Assembly (NCBI GenBank): GCA_044866005.1
Contig: JBIOTN010000110.1
Coordinates: 1-41,931 of the forward strand
Length of the DNA: 41,931 bases
Source of the DNA: Candidatus Rokuibacteriota bacterium
GTDB lineage: Bacteria > Methylomirabilota > Methylomirabilia > Rokubacteriales > DASRDR01
Direction: 5' to 3'
The translations under genes were made by a program, and so were the position numbers. The notes beneath the pieces are model-generated. The model was not told the origin of the DNA, made no database searches, and saw nothing but the letters and a program-made list of their open reading frames with translations. Positions within the stretch are counted from its first letter, which is position 1, and every line of letters begins with the position of its first letter. This document shows positions 1 to 7,940 of the stretch, piece by piece.

Positions 1-17
1 CTTCTCGGCCCGGCACG

Positions 18-587
18 CTAGCTGTCAGTACGGGGCAGGCCGAACACCCACACCACGTCGGCGTCCGCGTTACTGAAGACCATCACCGACGACTGCGGGT
101 CGGCCGTCTCGACCGACTGCACGACGACCTGACGGACGAACCCGCCCCTCGACCCCTCGGGCGCGGCGACCCGGGGCGGCTCGCTCACCGGCGCCCGTTC
201 CGGCGCGCGCTGCCACGGGGCGAGCACCGCGAGGAGGGCCAGGGCGATCACGGCGACGGCCGAGCCGAAGGCCAGTCGCGGCCGCTCGAGACCCAGGCGC
301 CAGCGCTCGAGGAGCCCCTCCCACGGCGCCGCCGGCCGGGCGGGCGCCGGGGCGGATGCGATGCGGGCCCGGACCTGGGGCCAGAAGGCCTGCCAGACCG
401 CCGCGGACGGCTCCGGCGCCTCCACGGCGAGGGCGGCGCGGAGACGGGTCAGGACCGCCAGCTCGGCGGCGCAGTCTCGACAGCGCGCGAGGTGGGCGGC
501 GGTCCGTGTGCGCCCGGTCGAGGCCAGCTCGCCGTCCAGGTAGCCGCCGAGGCGGCGTCGAGTCAGCCAGCAGATGAGGTTCGTCAT
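18..587 (-). CDS. Zinc-finger (zf-HC2/ZAS) anti-sigma factor-like membrane protein
   Basis: N-terminal YLDGEL...HLARCRDC (HxxxCxxC) motif, then one hydrophobic TM segment (AVAVIALALLAVLAPW). No sigma gene directly upstream. Confidence 0.8.
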   Translation of the reverse strand: MTNLICWLTRRRLGGYLDGELASTGRTRTAAHLARCRDCAAELAVLTRLRAALAVEAPEPSAAVWQAFWPQVRARIASAPAPARPAAPWEGLLERWRLGLERPRLAFGSAVAVIALALLAVLAPWQRAPERAPVSEPPRVAAPEGSRGGFVRQVVVQSVETADPQSSVMVFSNADADVVWVFGLPRTDS

Positions 588-735
588 GGCGCGTCGTCGC
601 TCAACGACGTTAGACCCTCTGGGCCCGCCGGGTATTCTGACACGCGGGCGCTCCTCGCGTCACCATCGGGCCGCCGGCCCCCCGCCCGGTGGCCGCTAAC
701 CCTCGGCCCGGACTGCCCGAATTCGGGCGCCGCGT

Positions 736-764
736 TTGACGCTCCGCGACCCGTGTGGTACGGT
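736..764 (+). promoter_or_regulatory. sigma70-type promoter of tRNA-Thr
   Basis: TTGACG (736-741), 17 nt, TACGGT (759-764) with a TG extension, ending 10 nt before the tRNA. Confidence 0.65.
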
Positions 765-774
765 GCGGCCGAGG

Positions 775-851
775 GCCGGCGTAGCTCAGTTCGGTAGAGC
801 AGTCGATTCGTAATCGACAGGTCGTCAGTTCAAGTCTGACCGCCGGCTCCA
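775..851 (+). tRNA. tRNA-Thr (anticodon CGT)
   Basis: GCCGGCG acceptor stem pairing with CGCCGGC, D-arm GCTCAGTTCGGTAGAGC, anticodon arm GTCGA-TTCGTAA-TCGAC, T-arm GTCAG-TTCAAGT-CTGAC, encoded 3' CCA. Confidence 0.97.
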
Positions 852-997
852 TTCTTTCAGAGACTTCCGGAGCGCCTCCGACCCGGCTGGCGACCAAGTC
901 GCCCGAACTGGCTACCAGCGCGGTGCTCTGAGGCGCGCGGGATCGAGGGCATCGACCCACCGCTTGCCGCCCCGCGGCAGCCCATGGGCGTCCGGCC

Positions 998-1192
998 TTA
1001 CTGCCGCCTGGGCTTCGTCTTCGAGGCTGTGTCGACGAGAAATTGAACCAGCCGCGCGATCGGCTCCGAGATCCGCCGCTCTCCCCGCTCCCACCGCGCC
1101 ACCGTTGTCGCCGTTACGCCGAGGCGGTCGGCGAGTTGGGCTTGGGTGAAGTCGAGGAGGTCGCGGAGCCGCCGAAGCTCCTTGCCGGTCAC
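998..1192 (-). CDS. Small XRE/HTH_3 family DNA-binding protein
   Basis: LRRLRDLLDFTQAQLADRLGVTATTVARWERGERRI is a typical XRE helix-turn-helix. Confidence 0.85.
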   Translation of the reverse strand: MTGKELRRLRDLLDFTQAQLADRLGVTATTVARWERGERRISEPIARLVQFLVDTASKTKPRRQ

Positions 1193-1198
1193 GGCTCA

Positions 1199-1217
1199 TC
1201 TGTACCATCGGTACAGA
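1199..1217. promoter_or_regulatory. Palindromic operator upstream of the XRE gene
   Basis: TCTGTACC-ATC-GGTACAGA perfect 8-bp inverted repeat. It lies between a minus-strand TTGACA (1228-1223) and the GTG start at 1192. Confidence 0.6.
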
Positions 1218-1479
1218 CCCCCTGTCAAGGCCCTTCGCCGCGATCCACGCCTCGAACGCCGTTACCGGCACCCGAACGTAACGTGGAATCCGTTCCCGCC
1301 GCTCCCGGGATCATGCCCGGAGACCGGCCGGCATGTCCGCCGGCGACGGCCCGCCCCCTCTCCGGCCGCTGGGGTTTTGGCCACCTCGTCGGGCGAAAAA
1401 CCCAGCAGGCCGCAGTCGCGCTCTGCCGGACGGCGTGTAACCCTCCGTCGCGCTTGACCTGGCCATGGCCGTCCCCCGC

Positions 1480-1495
1480 TGGCACGCTCCCTGCT
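1480..1495 (+). promoter_or_regulatory. Putative sigma54 -24/-12 promoter
   Basis: TGGCACGCTCCCTGCT has GG-N10-GC spacing and one mismatch to TGGCACG-N4-TTGCW; it is just upstream of the ATG at 1512. Confidence 0.55.
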
Positions 1496-1511
1496 GTCAT
1501 GAACGGGCGTC

Positions 1512-1991
1512 ATGCCCGAAACCCCGCAGTACCTGATCGTCGTCCGCCGCTGGGAAACCGCGCTGTTCCAGAACCTCCGCGCCAACGTCAATCCGGGGTC
1601 GGCGCCGGTCCAGGTGATCTGGGATCGGCGGACGCGCGACCGGCGGGTGATCATCCAGGACGTGAGTCTGGAGCGCCGACGGCGGGAGCGACGGGCCGCG
1701 CCGGAGGAGACCTGGAAGACGGCGGGCTTCGTCGTCGCCCGCACCAGCGCGCTCGCCTCGCCGAGCGCGCCGCCTGCGAACTTCGGCGTCCAGGCTCTCG
1801 ACGCGTCCTGGACGGACGAGTCGTCCCCGAGCGCGGCGATGCCCGGCGCCGCCGCCACGTCCTGCACCGGTTGCAGCGGCACCGGGATCGTGTCTTTCGC
1901 GGGTCGGCTCGAGCGCTGCCCGGCGTGTGACGGCGAGGGAGCCCGTCGCGCGCCCCTGACGCCGGCCTGGGACCGCGCGCAACCCGCCTAG
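1512..1991 (+). CDS. Hypothetical protein with tandem [DE]RR motif and C-terminal CxxCxGxG zinc-finger pair
   Basis: VIWDRRTRDRR-x8-ERRRRERR motif, C-terminal CTGCSGTG...CPACDGEG. Paralogous to 30378..30656. Confidence 0.75.
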   Translation: MPETPQYLIVVRRWETALFQNLRANVNPGSAPVQVIWDRRTRDRRVIIQDVSLERRRRERRAAPEETWKTAGFVVARTSALASPSAPPANFGVQALDASWTDESSPSAAMPGAAATSCTGCSGTGIVSFAGRLERCPACDGEGARRAPLTPAWDRAQPA

Positions 1992-2055
1992 CTCGGCGGC
2001 CCGGGGCGAGCGCCCCGGGCCGATGTCCTCACTCCCGCGCTGGCGGGATCGACGA

Positions 2056-2280
2056 TCAACGGCTCCAGTCGTAGATCGTCCCCGCGGCGGCGCCGACGCC
2101 CGCGCCGACGAGCGCGCCGCTCTTCGCGCCGCGCCCACGGTCCTTCTTGTCGAGCCCCGCGCCGATGGCCGCGCCGCTGCCCGCGCCGATGGCCGCGCCG
2201 CCGAGCGTGCCGCACGCGGCGGTCACCATGGCGACCAGCGACAGGCCGATGATCGGCGCCAGGATCGTCTTATTCCTCAT
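2056..2280 (-). CDS. Small glycine-zipper lipoprotein
   Basis: ATG at 2280 after a GGAGG RBS; signal peptide with lipobox-like TAAC; GGAAIGAGSGAAIGA and GALVGAGVGAAAG glycine zippers. Confidence 0.8.
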   Translation of the reverse strand: MRNKTILAPIIGLSLVAMVTAACGTLGGAAIGAGSGAAIGAGLDKKDRGRGAKSGALVGAGVGAAAGTIYDWSR

Positions 2281-2458
2281 GGCGGTGAACCTCCCGTCGG
2301 TTTTCGCTTCCAGGAGGTCCGACGGTCGGGCCGGGCCGCTTATTCGACCGCCGCCGACGCGGCCCGCAGCCTGATCACCGGGATCCCGGGAGGCGCTCGG
2401 CGCCCTACGTACGAGGGGCAGTGAGTGAAAGGACACGTCGTCGGACCGCTGGCGCAGC

Positions 2459-2527
2459 CTCCGAGCGGCGGCTTCGCCGCCGCGACGACGGGGGGGCATC
2501 GGGGGGATCGGCCGAGACCCCCCCGAA
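2459..2527 (-). repeat. Two-hairpin REP-like repeat, copy 1 (divergent)
   Basis: TTCGGGGGGGTC-TCGGCC-GATCCCCCCGA...GCGGCGGC-GAA-GCCGCCGC-TCGGAG, starting 3 nt after the DUF4139 stop codon. Confidence 0.75.
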
Positions 2528-2530
2528 GGA

Positions 2531-3940
2531 CTAGTACCGGATCCGGACACGGTAGGTGACCTTCGTCGCCCCCTCCTTGGGGACGGCGAGCTCGAACCGG
2601 AGCGTGTGGGCCTCGACCTTCTCGAAGGGGTGGGTCGAGTGGAGCACCTGCCAATCGCCCGGCACGGGCTCGATCACGGTGACGGTCTGGGTCTCGCTCT
2701 TGTGGTTCCGGAGCGCGATCTCCCACTCGACCTCGTAGAGGTTCCGGGCCACCTGTCGCCACTCCCGCTGCGTGCGCTCGCCGACCACGTCGAAGGCGTT
2801 TCCCATCTTGATCTTCACCTGCTCGTCCGCGGGCGTGTGGTCGATCCAGTCCTCCCCGATGAACTGCTGGCTGCCCGAGGCGTCGGCCTTGTAGACGCGC
2901 ACCTTCCCCTTCGGCAGCGGGAGCCCGAGGCGGTTGGCCTTGCTGTTCCGCAGCTCCAGGTACACGGCGACCTTCTGGGTCGAGACCGGCACGCCGTAGG
3001 CGTTCCGGTAATAGTCGGCCGCGCCGTGGTAGACGAGCCGCTTCCGCACCGGGACGTCGACCGCCGACATGAGGGCGAGCTGCTTGGTCTGGTTCTCCTT
3101 GATGGTCGTCCGGCCGTCGAGCGTGTAGAGGTGATACTCGAAGAACCCTTCGGCGGCGAAGTCGCGGGTCGCCTCGGGAGCGCTGGGCTTCGCCGCGGCC
3201 AGCTCCATGACCCGGCCGTCCCGCCGCCGGTCCGGTGCCCGATTCACGTCCCCCGCGACCAGCTTGAGCGTCGCGTTCGGATACCTCCCGCCGCTCTGGT
3301 TGTCGATCGTGACCCAGCCCGTCAGGTCGCTCCGGTCGTCCCCGGCCCCGATCACCATGACGTAGTCCGCCCGCCAGGTGATCCCGCCGGTGAGGTAGGA
3401 GGCCTCGACCCGCTGCGGGCCGGCGGTCTGGTTGCGCAGGAGCCACGCCAGGGTCGGCTTGGCCACGAGGTCCGGCGGCAGCGCGGGCAACACGAGCCGC
3501 CCGGGCTGACCCAGATGAATCTGCCCGTTGACCTCGAACACGGGGCCCTGGGTCGTCAGGAGCGTCGCCTCGTGATAGGTGCCGTCGGGCTGGTAGAGCC
3601 GGACCCGCTTGCCGACGTACTTCTCCATAAGCTTCTGGCTCCCGAGGAGGTCGTACTCGTAGTTCTGCTCGAGGATCCTGAGCCCCGCCGGCGCGGTCAG
3701 TGACTTCAGGTGGACCGTCGTCGGGTCGATCTGCGCGGCGACGTCGGTGAACCAGACCTCGGTCGTCCCCACGGGCAGGCGCGTCTCGCGCAGGTCCTTC
3801 ACCAGCCCGAGGTTCCCGTTGTAGATCGTGACCATCACCTCGCGCTGGTCCTCACGGGTGATGCCGAGTGGGGCGGCCGGGGCAGGCGGGGTGAGCGCGA
3901 CGAGGACGAGTAACGTGAGCACGGTGAGCCGGATCGCCAT
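2531..3940 (-). CDS. DUF4139 domain exported protein
   Basis: Signal peptide; VTIYNGNLGLVKD, EQNYEYDL, SYLTGGITWRADY, FEYHLY and LGLPLPKGKVRVY motifs of the DUF4139 family. ATG at 3940 after GGAGG. Confidence 0.85.
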   Translation of the reverse strand: MAIRLTVLTLLVLVALTPPAPAAPLGITREDQREVMVTIYNGNLGLVKDLRETRLPVGTTEVWFTDVAAQIDPTTVHLKSLTAPAGLRILEQNYEYDLLGSQKLMEKYVGKRVRLYQPDGTYHEATLLTTQGPVFEVNGQIHLGQPGRLVLPALPPDLVAKPTLAWLLRNQTAGPQRVEASYLTGGITWRADYVMVIGAGDDRSDLTGWVTIDNQSGGRYPNATLKLVAGDVNRAPDRRRDGRVMELAAAKPSAPEATRDFAAEGFFEYHLYTLDGRTTIKENQTKQLALMSAVDVPVRKRLVYHGAADYYRNAYGVPVSTQKVAVYLELRNSKANRLGLPLPKGKVRVYKADASGSQQFIGEDWIDHTPADEQVKIKMGNAFDVVGERTQREWRQVARNLYEVEWEIALRNHKSETQTVTVIEPVPGDWQVLHSTHPFEKVEAHTLRFELAVPKEGATKVTYRVRIRY

Positions 3941-3982
3941 GGCGGAGCCTCCTGGCACGGTCGGGTCACTCCGTCTGGCCAG

Positions 3983-4010
3983 TTAGACCGGGAGGTCCGC
4001 GGGAAGTTCC
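3983..4010 (-). promoter_or_regulatory. sigmaE/AlgU-type ECF promoter of the DUF4139 gene
   Basis: Minus strand GGAACTT-N16-TCTAA, matching the RpoE/AlgU consensus GAACTT-N16/17-TCTRA. Confidence 0.7.
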
Positions 4011-4044
4011 CGGAGTCCCGGCCGGCCAGGAGGGTCGGCCGGGT

Positions 4045-4968
4045 TCAGTCGGTGATCCGCAGCGTGAGCCGGAACGGCGAGGGAAGCGCGGCAGGCTCGT
4101 GATCGAGCTCCCAGCGTCCCATCTGCGCCAGGCCTTCCAGAAAGGCGGTGTAGGCCTCCGCGGGAAGGACCAGGTCGACGACGAGGGCGCCCGTCTCGGT
4201 GCGGCGCGCGATCTCCCTCCCACCGAGCCGCCCCAGCAGCGCGGCCAGCGCCAGCTCGGCGGCCGAGCGATCGGCGACGGCGAGGGAGCCGGAGAGATCG
4301 GGCGGCGAAGCCGTCTTGGCGAGCGCGCGCGATCGATCGGCCGTCGCGCTCTTCCGCGTCTCCTCGGAGGCTTCCGGGCTCGCCTCCCGAACCGCCGAGG
4401 GCGACGGCTGGCTCGACCGCTCGCTCCGGTCTCGGGCCGGCGCGGGGGCCGGGGTGGATGGCCGGGGCGTGGCGCGGCCCAGGTCGCGCTGCACGTCTCC
4501 GCGACCCCGCGACGGCGCCGGCTCGGCGGGACGCGCCGGCGGACTCTCGGGCGCGGCGCGCGGCGGCGTCTCTCGCCGGCTTTCGGCTGCAGGCGGCGCC
4601 GCGGTCGGGCGCGCGGCCTGCTGGAGCTCGCCGGGCCGCTCCTGGAGGTAGAGGGCCGTCAGGGCGATCAGACCCAGTGCCGCGACCTCCATGGGCAGCT
4701 TGACCGCGAGCGGTCGGAAGAGCACATCGCCCAGCCGCCGCCACCATGGCCGCGGGCGCGCCGCCTCGAGGATCCGGTCCACGAGACCGGCCGGCGCGCG
4801 GGCCGGGGCCACGGCGCGGAGCAGCCCGACGGTGCCGCGCAAGCGCTCCAGCTCGCGCCGGCACTCCGCGCACGACGCGAGGTGCGCGTCCAGGGCGGCG
4901 CGCTCGTCGGGCGACAGGGCCTCGTCGACCGCAGCGGAGAAGAGCTCGCGCGCGTGGGGACAGATCAC
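4045..4968 (-). CDS. Anti-sigma factor (zf-HC2, TM segment, Pro/Ala-rich linker, C-terminal domain)
   Basis: GTG at 4968 overlaps the sigma stop (GTGA); CPHARELFSAAVDEAL...HLASCAEC ZAS motif; TM segment VAALGLIALTALYL. Confidence 0.85.
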   Translation of the reverse strand: MICPHARELFSAAVDEALSPDERAALDAHLASCAECRRELERLRGTVGLLRAVAPARAPAGLVDRILEAARPRPWWRRLGDVLFRPLAVKLPMEVAALGLIALTALYLQERPGELQQAARPTAAPPAAESRRETPPRAAPESPPARPAEPAPSRGRGDVQRDLGRATPRPSTPAPAPARDRSERSSQPSPSAVREASPEASEETRKSATADRSRALAKTASPPDLSGSLAVADRSAAELALAALLGRLGGREIARRTETGALVVDLVLPAEAYTAFLEGLAQMGRWELDHEPAALPSPFRLTLRITD

Positions 4969-5525
4969 GGGAAGAAGCGCTCCAGCTTGTCCTTCAGGTC
5001 CATCCGCGCCCGATGGAGCCGCGAGCGCACGGTGCCGACCGCCAGGTCGAGCGCCTCGGCGATCTCCTCGTAGGCGAGGCCCTCCAGGTCGCGGAGCACC
5101 ACGACGATCCGGCGGTCGTCGGGCAATTCCGCGATGGCGCGGGACAGGGCCGCCTCGAGCTCGCCTCGCTCGAACGCGGCGCCGGGATCCGCCTGGCCGT
5201 CGGGCAAGCGGACCAGCGCCTCGTCGCCCTCGCGGCGGAGGCGGCGCTCCGCCGCGCCGAGCCGCGTCAGGCACAGGCGCGAGGCGATGGCATAGAGCCA
5301 GGTGGAGAGCTTCGCCTCGCCGCGGAAGTCGCCGATCGCGCGGTGGACGCGGAGGAACACCTCCTGCGCGACCTCTTCCGCCTCCGCGGCGTTGCCGAGC
5401 ATCCGGAGCGCGACCCCGAAGACCCGGTGCTGGTAACTCCTCACCAGCTCCTCGAACGCCCGGGCCTCGCCGGCCCGCAGCCGTTCCACGAGACCCGCTG
5501 ACTCTTCCGGCGTCCCCTCAGGCAC
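4965..5525 (-). CDS. ECF (sigma-70 family, RpoE-like) RNA polymerase sigma factor
   Basis: Region 2 AEEVAQEVFLRV...FRGEAKLSTWLYAIA; region 4 LRDLEGLAYEEIAEALDLAVGTVRSRLHRAR. Confidence 0.95.
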   Translation of the reverse strand: MPEGTPEESAGLVERLRAGEARAFEELVRSYQHRVFGVALRMLGNAAEAEEVAQEVFLRVHRAIGDFRGEAKLSTWLYAIASRLCLTRLGAAERRLRREGDEALVRLPDGQADPGAAFERGELEAALSRAIAELPDDRRIVVVLRDLEGLAYEEIAEALDLAVGTVRSRLHRARMDLKDKLERFFP

Positions 5526-5614
5526 CCTCGCCTCGATCCACCGGCCGAGCCTACCGCACGGGGCTCACCCCGGCAAGAAACGCGTCCCCCGGACCGCGCC
5601 GGTCTCATCACCTG

Positions 5615-5643
5615 TCAGAGCGGCAGACCGGCCGCGGAGTTCC
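5615..5643 (-). promoter_or_regulatory. Putative autoregulatory ECF promoter of the sigma gene
   Basis: Minus strand GGAACTC-N17-TCTGA, about 90 nt upstream of the sigma start. Confidence 0.5.
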
Positions 5644-5654
5644 CGCGGCCCGGG

Positions 5655-5876
5655 TCAGGTCTCTTCGCGAGCCAGGCGGTTGAGCTCCTCCAGATGCGCG
5701 AGCAGGCCGAAGAAGAGCCCGGTGACCTTGCCGCGGAGCACGCGGTCGGCCGCGCTCATCCCGGCCGCGCGGTACACGCTCTCCGTCAGGTCGATGACCC
5801 GGGACTGGAGGCGCAAGCCGTCGTCGACGCACTCCGCGATCGCCCGCAGTTGCTCGTCGCGCTCGCTCACGGCCAC
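5655..5876 (-). CDS. Small helical hypothetical protein
   Basis: 73 aa ORF with AGGAGG RBS before GTG and normal protein composition; no recognisable motif. Confidence 0.6.
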   Translation of the reverse strand: MAVSERDEQLRAIAECVDDGLRLQSRVIDLTESVYRAAGMSAADRVLRGKVTGLFFGLLAHLEELNRLAREET

Positions 5877-6040
5877 ACCCTCCTGGATGGAATGCCATGC
5901 CCGGCTGCCGCGCCGGGTGCCGCGCCCTCCCTCACGCGGGCTTCATGGTATCGTAAGGACGATCACCGTCGACAGCGTCCTCCGCGGCGCCGGCGGCGGT
6001 CCTGCCGGTGGCACCCCGGCATCCCGGAAAGGAGGAACCG

Positions 6041-6589
6041 ATGCGCGGCAGACGGTTCGTCTCGGCCACCCTGCTCGGCGCCCTCGCGACGCTCGCGGTC
6101 GCGGGCCCCGCCCGGGCCCTCGAGGTCGGCCAGAAGGCGCCGGACTTCACGCTCCCGGCGCCCGGCGGCAAGCAGGTGAAGTTGAGCGATCTCCTGGGCA
6201 AGGGCCCGATTGTCATCTTCACCTTCATCCAGGCCTTCACCGGCCCCTGAACGCAGGAGATCATGGGCTTCGACGCGGCCCTGCCGCAGTTCGAAGCCCT
6301 GAACGCCCAGGTCGTGGGCGTGAGCGCCGACCATCCCGCTACGCTGGAGGCATTCACCCGCCAGAACGCCGTCAAGTTCCCGCTGCTCGGCGACTTTCGC
6401 CGGCAGATGCTCCCCGCCTACGGCGCCCTGGTGACCGACGACAAGCACCCCCTGTTCCGCTATGCCCGGCGTGCCTACTTCATCCTGGACCGCGAGGGCG
6501 TGGTGCGGTGGGTGAAGATCCAGGAGAACGTGCTCGACCTCTTGAAGCCCGAGGAGGTCGTCCAGGCGGTGAAGGAGTCCAAGGCATGA
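6041..6589 (+). CDS. Exported peroxiredoxin (AhpC/TSA, AhpE/BCP-like) selenoprotein; Sec at codon 70 (TGA 6248-6250)
   Basis: The ORF-track pieces 6008..6250 and 6263..6589 are one reading frame: ...APDFTL...AFTGP-TGA-TQEIMGF...VVGVSAD...FPLLGD...RAYFILDREGVVRW. TGA occupies the peroxidatic Cys position of TxxC. AAAGGAGG RBS; signal peptide ending ARA; SECIS-like hairpin follows. Confidence 0.9.
6262..6283 (+). promoter_or_regulatory. Putative bacterial SECIS element (peroxiredoxin)
   Basis: Begins 11 nt after UGA: CA(U bulge)GGGCU-UCGACGC-GGCCCUG stem-loop. Confidence 0.55.
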
Positions 6590-7113
6590 TCTCGCGCGTG
6601 CTCGCAGCGATCCTCGCGCTCGCGCTCGGAGTCGGGCCGGCAGGAGCGGCGACGCCCGACTTCGCCGCGCTGGAGGTCCAGCCCTACGATCCGCCGAAGC
6701 CGGCGCCGGATTTCGCGCTGCCGGATCTGGACGGCAACACCGTCCGCCTGTCCGATCTGCGGGGGAAGGTGGTCCTCCTCTTTTTCTGGGCCACCTGGTG
6801 ACCGGACTGCCGGAAGGAGTTGCCTTCCGTCAACGCCCGCTACACCGAGCTCAAGCCCAAGGGGCTCGAGGTCTTGCTCGTCAGCATTCGGGAAGATCCG
6901 GACCTCGTCCGGCGCACGGTCCAGGCGCGAGGCTACGTGGCCCCGGTCCTCCTCGACCGCACCGGTGACGTCGCCGGCAAGGACTACGGGGTCTGGGGCA
7001 CGCCCACCTCGTACCTGATCGACCGGCAAGGCCGGCTGGTCGGACGCGTGGTGGGCGCGCGGCCCTGGGAGAGCGCGGCCGCGCGGAAACTGCTGCTCGA
7101 CCTGCTCGCCTAG
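6586..7113 (+). CDS. Exported TlpA/ResA-family thiol-disulfide reductase selenoprotein, UxxC (Sec at codon 72, TGA 6799-6801)
   Basis: ATG overlaps the Prx stop (ATGA). The frame reads GKVVLLFFWATW-TGA-PDCRKELP and continues to TAG at 7113. The paralog at 17899 has WATWCSPC. Signal peptide ending AGA. Confidence 0.92.
6811..6829 (+). promoter_or_regulatory. Putative bacterial SECIS element (TlpA)
   Basis: Begins 9 nt after UGA: perfect 7-bp stem CGGAAGG-AGUUG-CCUUCCG, absent from the Cys paralog. Confidence 0.65.
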
Positions 7114-7116
7114 CAC

Positions 7117-7207
7117 TTCGGAGGGGGCCTCGACGGCCCCCTCCGATGCCTTCCCCCACCTCTAAGGGCCGGGTGGGGGGGCCGGCGGCGCAGCCGCCGC
7201 TCAGAAG
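7117..7207 (+). repeat. Two-hairpin REP-like repeat, copy 2 (with extra internal hairpin)
   Basis: TTCGGAGGGGGCC-TCGAC-GGCCCCCTCCGA...CGGCGGC-GCA-GCCGCCGC-TCAGAAG, 3 nt after the TlpA stop. Confidence 0.85.
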
Positions 7208-7238
7208 GCTCCACGGCTGGCGGACGAACGTCGCGAGA

Positions 7239-7940
7239 CTACCCCGACACGCTCTTAGGCATCTGCGCGGCCGGCTCGTAGACCACGAGCCGGATCGGCG
7301 TCGGTCGCCCGTCGTTGCAGGGGTTGTGGATCTGCGGGCAGTTCGAGATCGCGACGAGCACGTCCATCTCGGCGCGCAGGTCCACGTGGTCCCCCGGGCG
7401 CGAGAGCCCGTCCACGATCGCCATGGCGCCGCTCGGATCGACGGGCACGTTCATGAAGAAGTTCAGGTTCGCTACGATGTCCTTCTTCCCGAGCCCGAAC
7501 CGGCCGAGGGCGCGCAGGAAGTTGTCGCGGCAGTTGGGCGTGTCCTCGACCCCGTAGCGGAGCCGGTTCGACTCCCTGCTGCAGCACCCTCCGATCGTGT
7601 CGTGGCGCCCGCACGTGTCCGCGACGATGGTAAAGAGCCGCCGGCCCAGGTCCGAGTAGAGGCCGTGGCCGGTCGTGAGGAAGACCGTGCCGGCGACCTT
7701 CATCGTGTCCGCCGCGTTGTAGCGCTCGGTCGGGTCCGCCGCGTTGTAGCAAAGGAAGTCCACCGCCTGGCGACCCTCCAGGTCGACGATCCGGAGGACC
7801 TGGCCGGCGCGGATCACGCCGGACCAGTCTCCGCCGGCCGGGAGGGTGCGGTCGTCCACGACGGGGCCTGGCACCGACGCGGGCGCGGGGGCCGGGCTCA
7901 CGGCGCGCTCCACCCGCGACGCCCCCCCCACTTCGGCCAC
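7239..7940 (-). CDS. DUF1989 urea/guanidine carboxylase-associated protein (carboxyguanidine deiminase subunit-like)
   Basis: GQVLRIVDLEGRQAVD, DTCGRHDTIGGCCS, NCRDNF, NFFMNVPV and SNCPQIHNPCN motifs. The start may instead be GTG at 7901. Confidence 0.85.
   Translation of the reverse strand: MAEVGGASRVERAVSPAPAPASVPGPVVDDRTLPAGGDWSGVIRAGQVLRIVDLEGRQAVDFLCYNAADPTERYNAADTMKVAGTVFLTTGHGLYSDLGRRLFTIVADTCGRHDTIGGCCSRESNRLRYGVEDTPNCRDNFLRALGRFGLGKKDIVANLNFFMNVPVDPSGAMAIVDGLSRPGDHVDLRAEMDVLVAISNCPQIHNPCNDGRPTPIRLVVYEPAAQMPKSVSG

Noticed and set aside
775..851. tRNA as tRNA-Sec (selC) serving the selenoproteins
   Set aside because: It is 77 nt with anticodon CGT and a short variable loop, so it is an ordinary tRNA-Thr.
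1199..1217. Palindrome as a proteobacterial LexA box
   Set aside because: The spacing is CTGT-N9-ACAG rather than N8, and it lies at the promoter of an XRE gene, which is the simpler owner.
775..2056. Intact prophage or integrative element at tRNA-Thr
   Set aside because: No integrase, structural genes or att duplication were found in the window; at most this is a relic.
5680..6801. 373-aa ORF in the track
   Set aside because: Only the last 71 codons (from ATG 6586) are the real TlpA N-terminus; the rest is an Arg/Pro/Gly-rich shadow frame.
6041..7113. Reading the split Prx, TlpA (and CMD) genes as nonsense pseudogenes
   Set aside because: Three independent stops are all TGA, all at a catalytic Cys position, all followed by hairpins, with otherwise intact frames and RBSs. 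Random decay would not produce this.
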